Program-made: the position numbers and the translations under genes
The notes under the pieces: model-generated
What the model was told of the DNA's origin: nothing
Database searches by the model: none
What the model saw: the letters and a program-made list of their open reading frames with translations, nothing else
Virus record (IMG/VR): IMGVR_UViG_3300037516_001783
Span: 32,001-96,000 of that record
From: a virus
Strand: one strand, 5' to 3'
DNA: 64,000 nucleotides
In this document: positions 28,142 to 37,894 of the stretch, piece by piece
How the letters are laid out: every line of letters begins with the position of its first letter
Numbering within the stretch: position 1 is the stretch's first letter

Positions 28142-28594
28142 TTACATTTTATGACCTGATTTCATTAACAATACAGTAAAAGTTTTAACATTGTTTTGAT
28201 TTGACATACTTCTAAAAACCCTTTCTATGTTGTATTCTGTAATGAATTTGTAAAACCTTTCTTGTACTTTTATAACTTTAGAAGATAAAACATGAGGAAC
28301 ATTTTCCATGAGTGCTTTTAAGTAGTAAAAATCATCCTCATCTAAAACTAATACTGTGTAACAAGGCTTTATTGCTTTACGTAAATGTGACAAATCAAGT
28401 GGGACATCCATAATCACTTTGTTTTTAGAAGTTAAATCCAAATCAACAGTTGGTGTTGAAGGGTTTTCTCCTGTAATTAATTTGCCATGTGGGTCTCTAC
28501 CATGAATCCTTTTGTCAACATAACCAGAATTCATATTCATTTGGCTTTTTACAGTAATTTCTTCCTTATATTCCCAAGGTCTTTTATTTTCCAT
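28142..28594 (-). CDS. Hypothetical protein
   Basis: ORF track. Confidence 0.55.
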   Translation of the reverse strand: MENKRPWEYKEEITVKSQMNMNSGYVDKRIHGRDPHGKLITGENPSTPTVDLDLTSKNKVIMDVPLDLSHLRKAIKPCYTVLVLDEDDFYYLKALMENVPHVLSSKVIKVQERFYKFITEYNIERVFRSMSNQNNVKTFTVLLMKSGHKM

Positions 28595-28605
28595 ATCGTT
28601 AAAAA

Positions 28606-29178
28606 TTAATCGTCCGAACCTCCACTATCACTTGAACCTCCACCGTCATAACTTGAACCAGAATCGCTGGGAGAGTAATCATTATCAGAACTTGAATCGT
28701 TATTCCATATAGAAAAAGGACTCATTGGGTTTAACGGATTGCATGGGTCAAGTATATCATCACCACTTTGATTACCATTGGTTGCAGGACGAGAATAAGT
28801 TCTTGATTCTTGTTCCCACTTTTTAAGGTTTCTAACACGAGTTGATTCTTCCCTTTGTTTTTGCCATGCCTGACCTTCTTTTGTTCTTAGGAATTGTTCG
28901 TGTTCCCTATCCTTCTCAATTCTTTGTTTTACTTCAAAGTGTCTTCTGATTTTATCACTCCTCAAATCCTGTTTCTCTTTTGTAGTTGGTATTCTTCCAT
29001 ACCACCCTACAAACTTATCCTTAGCACTGAAACCTTTTTCACCTGTTATTGTTTCTACATTAAAGTCAGCTGATTTCTCATCTTCATTTGTTTCAGGTCT
29101 GTTTCTGTGATAATCTTTGAACTTGAGAAACAAGCAACCACAGATTATTGTTACGATAATTATTAACAGGATTTCCAT
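28606..29178 (-). CDS. Membrane-anchored protein with Ser/Asp/Gly-rich tail
   Basis: N-terminal TM helix; C-terminal SSSDNDYSPSDSGSSYDGGGSSDSGGSDD. Confidence 0.65.
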   Translation of the reverse strand: MEILLIIIVTIICGCLFLKFKDYHRNRPETNEDEKSADFNVETITGEKGFSAKDKFVGWYGRIPTTKEKQDLRSDKIRRHFEVKQRIEKDREHEQFLRTKEGQAWQKQREESTRVRNLKKWEQESRTYSRPATNGNQSGDDILDPCNPLNPMSPFSIWNNDSSSDNDYSPSDSGSSYDGGGSSDSGGSDD

Positions 29179-29179
29179 A

Positions 29180-29464
29180 TTAACTTAAAATTTGGAATTT
29201 ATCTTTAATTATATCTTCCAAATCAACTTCTTTAGGTATGTTTTGAAAGTTCTTTTTAACATCTTCAGAAATTACTTTTATAACTTCATCTTCTGCTTCG
29301 TTGTTGTTATGGTCTTTATACCAATCGTACTCATTTTCATAATCTTCATCATCTTCCTCCCAATCAGACCACTCTAAAATTTCTTCATCTAACATTCCTG
29401 TTACACGCTCTTCAGGATAATTCTTTTCAATGAATTCAGCAATTGATTTTACAATACTTTCCAT
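29180..29464 (-). CDS. Very acidic small protein
   Basis: EEILEWSDWEEDDEDYENEYDWY core. Confidence 0.65.
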   Translation of the reverse strand: MESIVKSIAEFIEKNYPEERVTGMLDEEILEWSDWEEDDEDYENEYDWYKDHNNNEAEDEVIKVISEDVKKNFQNIPKEVDLEDIIKDKFQILS

Positions 29465-29724
29465 TACACTTCTTTTAAATTATTTAACAAGAATTTGTAG
29501 AACTTCTTTTCAGCGTTAATTTTTAACCTTGTATAACAAGAATAAGTTTTGATATTTCCATTTCCATCCTTGTAATTGAAGTGAAATTCTTCAGCACCTT
29601 TAGGACATTTCTTGAAGTTTCCTGGAGTGTTAACTTCATGTTCTCCTCTACTTTCTGAAGTTGAAGACATTGCTGTTATCATACCAAACATAGCAGATAA
29701 CATTCCTATTTTCTTTAAAGACAT
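29464..29724 (-). CDS. Hypothetical protein with hydrophobic N-terminus
   Basis: ORF track. Confidence 0.55.
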   Translation of the reverse strand: MSLKKIGMLSAMFGMITAMSSTSESRGEHEVNTPGNFKKCPKGAEEFHFNYKDGNGNIKTYSCYTRLKINAEKKFYKFLLNNLKEV

Positions 29725-30365
29725 AATAATTCAGATTTTTCTATTTCTCTATAATGATGTTCTTTAAAACCGTTTTCATTAAAACCACCATAGGTCAATC
29801 TTAAATCGTTGTCAATAAAAAATGCTGTAGCTTCTGTATTCTTAACACACAATTCTTTTGGGCTGTTACCTACTTGCCAATAACAACCTAAATCTATTAA
29901 CAACCTTTGAATTTTTACATTATCTTCAATATTGTCACCAACCCATATTTTACATCTATGTAAAAGTATTGGATTCTGGTCTAAATACCTTTTGATAGCT
30001 TTTTCTATAAAAACCCTCTCCATGAAGTTACTTGTACGGTGAAGGTGCATTTCACCCATATCTCTTAATTTAACAAGCCTTATATAAGTTTCTCTTGGGA
30101 TAATCTTAAATTTATCTGTAAAGTACCATCCCCAAATAACTTTGATTTGTGTTTTTACTTTAAACCAATACCAAAATCCGACAATACCTACATACAGAAT
30201 TATTGAACCGAATAATATGGCACCAAACAATGATAAACCTATGAATATAGAAGCTTGTAACAACAAATTTTTCCTTCTTAAAGATTTGTCATCAAAGACA
30301 TACATTACTGACATACCGTTCAAAACAAAGTATGTACATAACAACACTAATAAAATAATTTCCAT
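29715..30365 (-). CDS. Membrane protein with soluble C-terminal domain
   Basis: Two N-terminal hydrophobic segments; KIQRLLIDLGCYW. Confidence 0.6.
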   Translation of the reverse strand: MEIILLVLLCTYFVLNGMSVMYVFDDKSLRRKNLLLQASIFIGLSLFGAILFGSIILYVGIVGFWYWFKVKTQIKVIWGWYFTDKFKIIPRETYIRLVKLRDMGEMHLHRTSNFMERVFIEKAIKRYLDQNPILLHRCKIWVGDNIEDNVKIQRLLIDLGCYWQVGNSPKELCVKNTEATAFFIDNDLRLTYGGFNENGFKEHHYREIEKSELLCL

Positions 30366-30374
30366 TTTTGTTTT

Positions 30375-30725
30375 TTATTTATACCAATCAATATTTAACC
30401 AACCTCCTTCTGTACCGTCAGAATTCCACTGTATAAAGTAAGATTTCATTTTAGGTAACTTTCTGTTTTCATTGTAATAAGAAACAATGAATTCATAATC
30501 ATTTTCTAAGATTTTAACCTTCCTGTAGTTCAACTCTAATTGTGAAACCAAAGGTCTGTAAGAATCTTCACCAATTTCTTCGTAGATTACAAAGTAAACG
30601 TCATTTCCTCTTGGGATATCACCTTCATTCCTTAAAAACAAATCTTTGGTATCTTCATACCTACCAAGTTTTGTAGGTGGTTTTGCTACACAATCTTGTA
30701 ATGTTAAAATATAAACCTTATCCAT
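30375..30725 (-). CDS. Hypothetical protein
   Basis: ORF track, start moved to ATG. Confidence 0.55.
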   Translation of the reverse strand: MDKVYILTLQDCVAKPPTKLGRYEDTKDLFLRNEGDIPRGNDVYFVIYEEIGEDSYRPLVSQLELNYRKVKILENDYEFIVSYYNENRKLPKMKSYFIQWNSDGTEGGWLNIDWYK

Positions 30726-31269
30726 TTTTAACACCTTTTGATTTGTCTAAAACTTGATTCATTTTCCTTAATGACTGTAGATAACCAGCATAATTCCCCC
30801 AATGAAAACTTCCTGCACTTGCTCTTTCAAATTTCTTAAGGTTTGCTAATTTCACTAAATCAATAGCGTCTTTCATAGCCTTGTTATAAGAAGTAAAAGT
30901 CCCAGACATTTCACAATCACCTGTGAATTCTGACCAACCTAAACTTGTTCCAGAACTAACTTTCATTATTTGCCAAAGGAATCCGGAAGCATTTGTATAA
31001 ACAGAAACAAGGACGTCATATTCCCTCATGATTTTATGATGTTCTTCTGTCAAACGAATTAACTCTTCTACATCATCTTTTAACTTAACAATGTAACTAC
31101 TGCTACCACTTGCTATGTACAAACCGTTTGTTATTGACAAACAATTAACTTGAAATACACTGTCTAAGTGAAAATCGTTGTTTTTAATTTCTTCTGAAAC
31201 TGGAATCAAGCTTAATCCGTCTCCAGTTATTTTAGAAATGAATTCTAAATCCTTACCTTTCCTTACCAT
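30718..31269 (-). CDS. Hypothetical protein
   Basis: ORF track. Confidence 0.6.
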   Translation of the reverse strand: MVRKGKDLEFISKITGDGLSLIPVSEEIKNNDFHLDSVFQVNCLSITNGLYIASGSSSYIVKLKDDVEELIRLTEEHHKIMREYDVLVSVYTNASGFLWQIMKVSSGTSLGWSEFTGDCEMSGTFTSYNKAMKDAIDLVKLANLKKFERASAGSFHWGNYAGYLQSLRKMNQVLDKSKGVKNG

Positions 31270-31640
31270 TTCTTTCTGAATTTTCTAAGCTTTACTTGCA
31301 TTTCTAATAACTCACCTCTTATCTGGTGAGCATCTTCTACATAAACGTCTGAACATTGCATTTTAGCAAGTTCCTCACCGATACATTTAACAAATCTATC
31401 AATCTCTTCCTCTATCTTTATAGAAGACATTGTAGTTGAAACTACCATTTTGATTTTTAGTAATTGAGGTGTAACTCCAGGACTTGAGAAAATAACAATA
31501 TCAGATTGGTTTAATAATCCAAAAGCTTCACTTTTAAGGTCTTTACATTTTACGTTGTGTAAATCGAAACCTTTTTCTTTGTGGTTACAATCGTTGATGT
31601 CTAAAATTAAGACTTTAGGATTGTCTATTTGATTTGCCAT
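31263..31640 (-). CDS. Hypothetical protein
   Basis: Start moved to ATG 31640 because the track start lies inside the tRNA-like gene. Confidence 0.55.
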   Translation of the reverse strand: MANQIDNPKVLILDINDCNHKEKGFDLHNVKCKDLKSEAFGLLNQSDIVIFSSPGVTPQLLKIKMVVSTTMSSIKIEEEIDRFVKCIGEELAKMQCSDVYVEDAHQIRGELLEMQVKLRKFRKKW

Positions 31641-31655
31641 ATAATAATTAAATTT

Positions 31656-31726
31656 TGCCACCCCAATAGGTCTCGAACCTACATCTCTCTGCTCAGAGTA
31701 TTCTCACCGAATTAAACTACAGGGTG
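31656..31726 (-). tRNA. tRNA-like RNA T1, anticodon loop deleted
   Basis: CACCCTG/TGGGGTG acceptor, D-loop GG, CTCTG-AG-CAGAG anticodon arm (2-nt loop), GTAGG-TTCGAGA-CCTAT T-arm, ends GCA. Confidence 0.8.
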
Positions 31727-31729
31727 GTC

Positions 31730-31874
31730 AATTAAAAGTTTAACAGTTTCCTCGGTTTAGACGTCGTTCCCCTCCCACTGTATTTGTTCTACTTGTGACT
31801 TTCCCAACCCTTAGGGAATTCACTTTCTTTCAGTTAATTACTCTGAAGATTTCAAATCAAATTAACTTTTAATT
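31730..31874 (-). ncRNA. Putative structured ncRNA immediately 5' of T1
   Basis: 11-bp closing stem aattaaaagtt/aacttttaatt enclosing three hairpins; no ORF. Confidence 0.55.
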
Positions 31875-32041
31875 TCTTCGATTGTATAAGTACAACCTTT
31901 TTCGTCACAATCAGAAATTACTTTAAATTTCCTCCCTCTTGATTCAATAACTTCTTGACCTTTAATAACAGCAAGACTTGTGAATTCAAATATTTCTGAT
32001 ATCGTTAAATCAGATTTTGTTTTAATGTTCAAATTAATCAT
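31862..32041 (-). CDS. 59-aa hypothetical protein
   Basis: Manual ORF MINLNIKTKSDLTISEIFEF...YTIEEIKS behind AACAGCGTT motif. Confidence 0.5.
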   Translation of the reverse strand: MINLNIKTKSDLTISEIFEFTSLAVIKGQEVIESRGRKFKVISDCDEKGCTYTIEEIKS

Positions 32042-32060
32042 CTTGAACTATTAAACGCTG

Positions 32061-32264
32061 TTATTTGTTAGATTTTACTGTAGTGGTTTCACCTACCTTG
32101 GCAGATTCATATTCATGCTGAGTAACTTCTAAGTCAACAACTTTCCCTCCAACCTTCATTGCTAAATGAGGTTTACCTTTAACCTTGTATTTACCTGTTA
32201 CAACTCCTGTTTGTAACTTCATTGAACATGAAACAAGTAAAGCTAATAATATGAATTTGTACAT
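32061..32264 (-). CDS. Small putative lipoprotein
   Basis: MYKFILLALLVSC lipobox-like signal; OB-like beta domain. Confidence 0.6.
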   Translation of the reverse strand: MYKFILLALLVSCSMKLQTGVVTGKYKVKGKPHLAMKVGGKVVDLEVTQHEYESAKVGETTTVKSNK

Positions 32265-32266
32265 GA

Positions 32267-32755
32267 TTATACTTTTATTTTAGTAAAACGACTTGACATA
32301 ACTTCCCAAGTATCTTCTCCATCTGTAACCCTGAAGAACATTCCTTTTGGTGATATCTCCGTTATTTTTACCTTATGTCTGTTATCAAGAATAACAAATT
32401 CGCCAACTTTAAATAAAGGTTCTGTAAATAAAGTGCAATACTTATGTACAGCTTTGAAAACAACTTTAATCAACGGTTCACCTTCAGAAGCTATTTCTAT
32501 AGTATCAAACTCACCAACTGTTAATGAGTGAATTCTACATGAATCAGCAAATATTGTAACCCAATCTCTCTTATTTATTTTCTCAACTACAGGCATCAAA
32601 TCATTCCACTCATTGTAATATGGTAATGGCTCGTAATCTTTTGCTTTTGGACAATTGTAGAAATAAAATTTCTTACCTGTAGAAGCTGCAACACCTTCCT
32701 TTGGCTCCAAACCCATGTATCTTGCTATACATAAAATCTCTTCTGTGTATTCCAT
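32267..32755 (-). CDS. Hypothetical two-domain protein
   Basis: YNEWNDLMPVVEKI motif plus C-terminal FKVGE KOW-like domain; start moved to ATG 32755. Confidence 0.6.
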   Translation of the reverse strand: MEYTEEILCIARYMGLEPKEGVAASTGKKFYFYNCPKAKDYEPLPYYNEWNDLMPVVEKINKRDWVTIFADSCRIHSLTVGEFDTIEIASEGEPLIKVVFKAVHKYCTLFTEPLFKVGEFVILDNRHKVKITEISPKGMFFRVTDGEDTWEVMSSRFTKIKV

Positions 32756-32756
32756 G

Positions 32757-33014
32757 TTACCTATTGTCAAGATTCTTAAGTTGTTTAAGATATTCAGAAA
32801 GAGATTGTTCAGCTTCATTTTTAGAAGATGATATTATTGTACAAATAAATATACCTTTGTAAAAGAAAGTATATTTACTCAAAAAATTATCTATCTTCTC
32901 CACTTCAATTGTAATCTGTTTTGTTGAACACCATTTGATTACAGTCAAAACACACAATGAAATTGAAACTAACAGAATGCTAATTTGAATTGGTTCTGGA
33001 ATTGTACACCACAT
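32757..33014 (-). CDS. Membrane-anchored hypothetical protein
   Basis: N-terminal TM. Confidence 0.5.
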   Translation of the reverse strand: MWCTIPEPIQISILLVSISLCVLTVIKWCSTKQITIEVEKIDNFLSKYTFFYKGIFICTIISSSKNEAEQSLSEYLKQLKNLDNR

Positions 33015-33015
33015 A

Positions 33016-33306
33016 TTACTTATTGTTTAAAGATATAAACCTTTCAATGTCTTGTCTGTATTCTTCGTCAGAAACTAAAACAGAAGTATCTTTGACAGGA
33101 AACCTCTTAGTTCTTTTATCAGACCAGCATGAATGTTTTGTATGAAGAGAATCAAGCTTAAATTGAATCTTAGCTTTTTCTAAACTTATAGCAGTAGAAT
33201 CCTTAATCTTCTCTATTTGTTTGTCTCTTAAGGCTTTTTCATAACCTTGATTGTAGCAGAAAACAATAAGTAAAGTTGAAAATGATAAAATAATTAAATA
33301 CTTCAT
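33016..33306 (-). CDS. Membrane-anchored hypothetical protein
   Basis: N-terminal TM/signal. Confidence 0.55.
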   Translation of the reverse strand: MKYLIILSFSTLLIVFCYNQGYEKALRDKQIEKIKDSTAISLEKAKIQFKLDSLHTKHSCWSDKRTKRFPVKDTSVLVSDEEYRQDIERFISLNNK

Positions 33307-33308
33307 TG

Positions 33309-33659
33309 TTATGAAACAGATTTTGGTTTATGTTTTTCAACTAATTCGTCAACTTCTACTCCTAACTGCCCAAGTTCCATGATTTCAGAAGTTTCAACAC
33401 CTTCTACAGTTGTTACTTTCTTCATCTTCAATGTTTCATCAGATTTTTTAGGGAATACTAACTTGTAAATACAGTTTTCCTCAATGGCTTTTATCATCAC
33501 CTTGCAATAGGTAACCATTTCTCTTTTGTTCCACTGATTTGGAAAAAGGTCTATTGATTTATTCCAGGAATTTGAAGTATTTCCTGTTCTTAATACTTCA
33601 TCTAATCTCCTTGTCCAAGTTTGTAATGGAGTTTCTTCTTCGATAACAAATTTCTTCAT
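33309..33659 (-). CDS. Hypothetical protein
   Basis: ORF track; AACAGCGTT motif upstream. Confidence 0.6.
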   Translation of the reverse strand: MKKFVIEEETPLQTWTRRLDEVLRTGNTSNSWNKSIDLFPNQWNKREMVTYCKVMIKAIEENCIYKLVFPKKSDETLKMKKVTTVEGVETSEIMELGQLGVEVDELVEKHKPKSVS

Positions 33660-33675
33660 AGTTTTTAAAACGCTG

Positions 33676-33939
33676 TTATTTACACAGCTTCAATGTGGTA
33701 AATTTTAAATGTTCTTCCAAAATATCTTCAATACTATTCACATTAAAGACTCTTGATTTTAGTGTACAAACATCTACAGCAAAACATTTAGAAACATAAC
33801 AATGGTCTTTAAGAATATCATAACAAATCCTTACTCCATCTTTTATCATGTGAACCTCATTTTGAGATGTAAAGGTTTCTGTAAATCCTGTGCTGTTGTT
33901 AAGCACTATCTTACGGAACTTATCTTCTCTACTATCCAT
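33676..33939 (-). CDS. Hypothetical protein
   Basis: ORF track. Confidence 0.55.
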   Translation of the reverse strand: MDSREDKFRKIVLNNSTGFTETFTSQNEVHMIKDGVRICYDILKDHCYVSKCFAVDVCTLKSRVFNVNSIEDILEEHLKFTTLKLCK

Positions 33940-33941
33940 AA

Positions 33942-34355
33942 TTATGCTCTGTAATTACTTAACAATCTAACATACCAAGGCAATCCTTTTGCCACTCTTT
34001 TTCTTATAGCATCGAATTCCTTTTCTAAATCATAAATTGACATATTTGTAACATCAAATGAATCAAAAATGTAGTGCTGGAATTGGTAAGTACACTGTCC
34101 TAAAGTATTATCTGTTATCTCACCTCCAGAATCTATATTGTAGAAATGAATACAAGGTGAATCATTGTACATGTAAAATCCGGCAACTATTTTCTTCTGA
34201 CCTTTCTTCTTAGCGTCATTGAAAGCATTGATATGGCAGACATAATTGTACCTACATTTTCCTGCTATTGGGTAGATTTGTTTCAACTGAGATTTTATAT
34301 TCTCACAGATGATTTCCTTAGCTTTGTTATTTAAAATACTAAACATATTTCTCAA
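33942..34355 (-). CDS. Hypothetical, possible transglutaminase-like fold
   Basis: CHINA...IHFYN...DNTLG Cys-His-Asp spacing. Confidence 0.5.
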   Translation of the reverse strand: MRNMFSILNNKAKEIICENIKSQLKQIYPIAGKCRYNYVCHINAFNDAKKKGQKKIVAGFYMYNDSPCIHFYNIDSGGEITDNTLGQCTYQFQHYIFDSFDVTNMSIYDLEKEFDAIRKRVAKGLPWYVRLLSNYRA

Positions 34356-34692
34356 TTAATGAATTTTGAACTTCTAAAACTTGTTCGTAAGTAAGTCTTT
34401 TTAACAACTCTGTTATGCTGTCAATAACTTTAGGTTTCAAATTCATTTTCTCATAATCCCACCTTGAATTATACAAAACATAATCTGTAGAATAGTTTGT
34501 TACTTGTGTCAAATCTTCTACATGAAACTTCTCTTTAAACCAAGGTCTTTCCTCAACCTTAAGAGTAAAATATTTCCTACCTACCTTGTCAACTACAGCT
34601 TCAAAACCACCATCTTTGTTATGTCTAGCTAAATTTCCTGTTAATTTGACATAGAACTTTTGTCCCTCATGTATGTTACTTTGAAAAACCAT
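34339..34692 (-). CDS. Beta-barrel (SH3-like) hypothetical protein
   Basis: VDKVGRKYFTL motif. Confidence 0.6.
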   Translation of the reverse strand: MVFQSNIHEGQKFYVKLTGNLARHNKDGGFEAVVDKVGRKYFTLKVEERPWFKEKFHVEDLTQVTNYSTDYVLYNSRWDYEKMNLKPKVIDSITELLKRLTYEQVLEVQNSLIEKYV

Positions 34693-34693
34693 C

Positions 34694-35065
34694 CTAATTG
34701 ATTTTAATGATTATCACATTTGGTGAAGTTGTTCCCCACTTCTTACAAATCTCAGCTTGTTCTGTAAAGAACCTGTTCAAACGGTCGTCGAATCCAAGAC
34801 TCGTATTATCATCATTACTTTTAATGATTTTAACCAACGGTGAGATATTTTCTACAATTGGTCGTACATATACACCATTATTGAAAATTAAACCTCCAAT
34901 GACCTCAATTTTATCAGTTTTCTTTACAACTAAAGGTCTTATGTAATGTCCACCATCAAAATGACGATGATAAGAAAGGAACTGTTCACCCTTGTCGTCT
35001 TTTGCAATTGACATACCGTGGGCTCCACCATTTTCTAACTGAATGTACTGAAATTTATTTTCCAT
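34694..35065 (-). CDS. Hypothetical protein
   Basis: ORF track, start moved to ATG. Confidence 0.55.
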   Translation of the reverse strand: MENKFQYIQLENGGAHGMSIAKDDKGEQFLSYHRHFDGGHYIRPLVVKKTDKIEVIGGLIFNNGVYVRPIVENISPLVKIIKSNDDNTSLGFDDRLNRFFTEQAEICKKWGTTSPNVIIIKIN

Positions 35066-35708
35066 CTCTAATGTGACCAAGTTCAAATCCTAAATAAAAC
35101 CTTGCATTGTCAAGTTCTGAAAGGCAGTTCGAACAATGAATAAATAGATTAAAAGTTTCTCTATCACCTTGTGTAGAATGTTTTTGATTTATCTCGTCAA
35201 TAACATCGTCACATTCTTTTCTGGTCTTACCAACCTCTTCTCTCAACCAATCAATTTTCGCAATGTAAGGTATTGTCTCAGCATAACGATGTGATGATAG
35301 AGTTGCTTTATCACTTGCTGGTTCGATATCTGCAACTGTTTCTCTTTTACCGTCATTCTGGTATGGGGTTGCTTCACCTAACAAACCTAAGATTTTTCCC
35401 AATCTTGCTTTTGCTAATCTTAAGGAATTTGAACACAGTTGAAGTTCAGAAGTGTTTTGTATAAAACCAACTTCAGTGTCAAGAGGGATAAACAATTCAC
35501 CATTTGAATTCCTAAACATTTCCTCCATCTCAGAAATTGTTGGTGGTAAATCCTTTCCCACTTCTGTATTTAACCATTCTGAAACACCTTTTTCGTGTAA
35601 TTCATTAATTGTTATCTTACCAGAAGGTTTTGGTTGTTGCCATAACTCATCTACCAATTGGTTCAAGGTATCAATTTTCAACCTTAACTCTATTATCTTA
35701 GTTTCCAT
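35055..35708 (-). CDS. Helical hypothetical protein
   Basis: LAKARLGKILGLLGEATPY...ARFYLGFELG. Confidence 0.6.
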   Translation of the reverse strand: METKIIELRLKIDTLNQLVDELWQQPKPSGKITINELHEKGVSEWLNTEVGKDLPPTISEMEEMFRNSNGELFIPLDTEVGFIQNTSELQLCSNSLRLAKARLGKILGLLGEATPYQNDGKRETVADIEPASDKATLSSHRYAETIPYIAKIDWLREEVGKTRKECDDVIDEINQKHSTQGDRETFNLFIHCSNCLSELDNARFYLGFELGHIRDGK

Positions 35709-35895
35709 TGTTATTATTTTTATAATTTTGAATTTGATATTTACGAGCCATAATCCTGTTCTGAATATTATGTATATCTCTTGATGTCTCTAAATTGTCT
35801 GAACTGTGAATAATATCAAGTTTTAAAATTTCACCCCATAATTCAGAAGTTAATTTTAAAACCTTTTCAACTTGTTCATCTTCATTAACTCCCAT
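35698..35895 (-). CDS. Small helical hypothetical protein
   Basis: H.SD..E...IH.IQN.IMAR pattern. Confidence 0.55.
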   Translation of the reverse strand: MGVNEDEQVEKVLKLTSELWGEILKLDIIHSSDNLETSRDIHNIQNRIMARKYQIQNYKNNNNGN

Positions 35896-35911
35896 AAACA
35901 ATCTAACTCTG

Positions 35912-37894
35912 TTACTGTTTTATAATTCTGTAGTGGGATTTTGGGTCTGGGTTCACCTCATGTTTGATGACATTCTTTTCCTCGTCTACCAACAAATAAT
36001 TACCTTTATTGATTTTCTTAGCACACCAACCACAGTAGCTAAAAGTCAGGTAAATCCCATTTGAATAATCCTTACTCATTGGGTCTGTTATGTTGTACAA
36101 AGGGTTTGTATCTTGTAAAAGTGTATTCCCTTTGTAAGGAATTAAACCGTAGTAATGGTAATTCTGGTAACCGTATGGAAGGTCATCTCTTTCACAATCT
36201 AAAATGTAACAAAGGTCGGACCATTTCTTTATGTGAAAGTAAGTGTAAAAGTGCGAACTTTGTGTTTTATTACAACATTGACAAGTTAATGAATGTTCAT
36301 CATAAAAACTTCTTTTCCTTTGCCTTTCTCTTTTCAAATTTGGAGCGTCTATAGGAATTGTCGAATAAATCCCTTCTTTTCTACCTTTGACATTGTACTT
36401 CAACTTGTCGAATCTTGTTTGACATCCTCTACTTCCGAACTGTTCTATTTCAAAATTGTTCTTAACATAAATTTCATCAAAATTAAAAACAAGTTCTTTA
36501 ACCCTTTCGAATTTCTGACTTAACATGTCACTCAAGATTTCTCTATCCCTGTCTCTGTTATAGTTCTTCTGTATATGTTCTCTTACTGAATCAGCCTTTT
36601 TATTTAACAAATACCAACGTGTAAGTTTCTCAATCCTATCTACAGTCCCTACCCAGTTCTCGTCGTAATAACGGTCATTTTTAACAACGTCTTTATTGAC
36701 AACTGTAAGTTCAGAAGATTTAACTCCTTTCAAGGCTGTACCTATCAGGTCTTGGTAAAATTCATCTACACCTTTGTAATTAACAAAGTCATCAGATTTA
36801 ACCTCACCATTATCTTGTTGCCCTATTAAGAATTTAGGATTGTCAATGAAACCTTTCAAACTTATTGTTTGTCCATAATCACCTTTGTATTCGTCTATGT
36901 TATCTAACAAGAATTTAGCATAGTGATAGAAGTAAAAAGGATATGAAGGATGTACATTTTGCCAATCCTCAAAGTAATATTCAGCACTGTACTTTGAATT
37001 CCTTAGGCTACCTTGTTTTCTGTGTTCTGTTACATCATCAAGTAAAAACCAAGGAAGTTCCAAACCACCTTCTCTGTCGAATGGGATTTCTTTGTCTGTA
37101 TATCGGTATTTCTTTTCATTGTACCTCCCAGCAATCACTCCCTTTCCATATGGGTTGTTAAAATCTCCTCCTATTTGTTGAACCCAGACATTACCTTTAT
37201 AGGAAATCAGTAACATGAACTGTGAGAAGTCTAACTCAACTCTATCAATTCTTAAGAATAATGAAACAACTAATTTGTCGTGTGTTTTGAATGAAAAGTT
37301 TTTCTGGAAATCAAACCATTCGTTTACATCGTCAGACATAATTATCTTAGGATACAAATACAGAGGTTTGTTAAATAACCTTTCTGTTATGACTTCACCT
37401 TCTAATAGCTTGTGAGTTGTTTTAAGATTTATAACATTCCCAACAGCCTGTTTTGCTTCTATTATGTTTCTTGGTGATAGGTAGTTTGCTTTTAACTTGT
37501 CCTCACTTATGTATTTAAACTCAATAAAAGTGTCCAAGTACATTTGATACTCAGAATTCAACCAAAGTTTATAAGTAAATTTTGTTTCTCTGATTAATGA
37601 GAGAATTACGAAGGTCTGTTGAAGGTTTTCATCTGATTCAAATACATCATCCCTCAAATCTAAGAGCCTTGTGTAGTCTCTTATTCTTCGGTATAAATAA
37701 GAGTTGAGAATTTCTAATGCAAAACCGTGGTAATTCAAATTCATGAACAACTTACAATTAAAAAGTGCACTTTCTATTCCTGAAAGGTCTACTCTTCTGG
37801 AAGTCCATTTAGTATCTAAAAATTTAGATTCATCTATTGAAAAGAACTTCATGTACCTGTCATAAAGTTGTTCAGTTGTTTCTTTGAAGTTCAC
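35912..37894 (-). CDS. Large hypothetical protein with C-terminal Cys cluster
   Basis: 660-aa ORF, GTG start; CQCC and CGWC motifs. Confidence 0.7.
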   Translation of the reverse strand: MNFKETTEQLYDRYMKFFSIDESKFLDTKWTSRRVDLSGIESALFNCKLFMNLNYHGFALEILNSYLYRRIRDYTRLLDLRDDVFESDENLQQTFVILSLIRETKFTYKLWLNSEYQMYLDTFIEFKYISEDKLKANYLSPRNIIEAKQAVGNVINLKTTHKLLEGEVITERLFNKPLYLYPKIIMSDDVNEWFDFQKNFSFKTHDKLVVSLFLRIDRVELDFSQFMLLISYKGNVWVQQIGGDFNNPYGKGVIAGRYNEKKYRYTDKEIPFDREGGLELPWFLLDDVTEHRKQGSLRNSKYSAEYYFEDWQNVHPSYPFYFYHYAKFLLDNIDEYKGDYGQTISLKGFIDNPKFLIGQQDNGEVKSDDFVNYKGVDEFYQDLIGTALKGVKSSELTVVNKDVVKNDRYYDENWVGTVDRIEKLTRWYLLNKKADSVREHIQKNYNRDRDREILSDMLSQKFERVKELVFNFDEIYVKNNFEIEQFGSRGCQTRFDKLKYNVKGRKEGIYSTIPIDAPNLKRERQRKRSFYDEHSLTCQCCNKTQSSHFYTYFHIKKWSDLCYILDCERDDLPYGYQNYHYYGLIPYKGNTLLQDTNPLYNITDPMSKDYSNGIYLTFSYCGWCAKKINKGNYLLVDEEKNVIKHEVNPDPKSHYRIIKQ

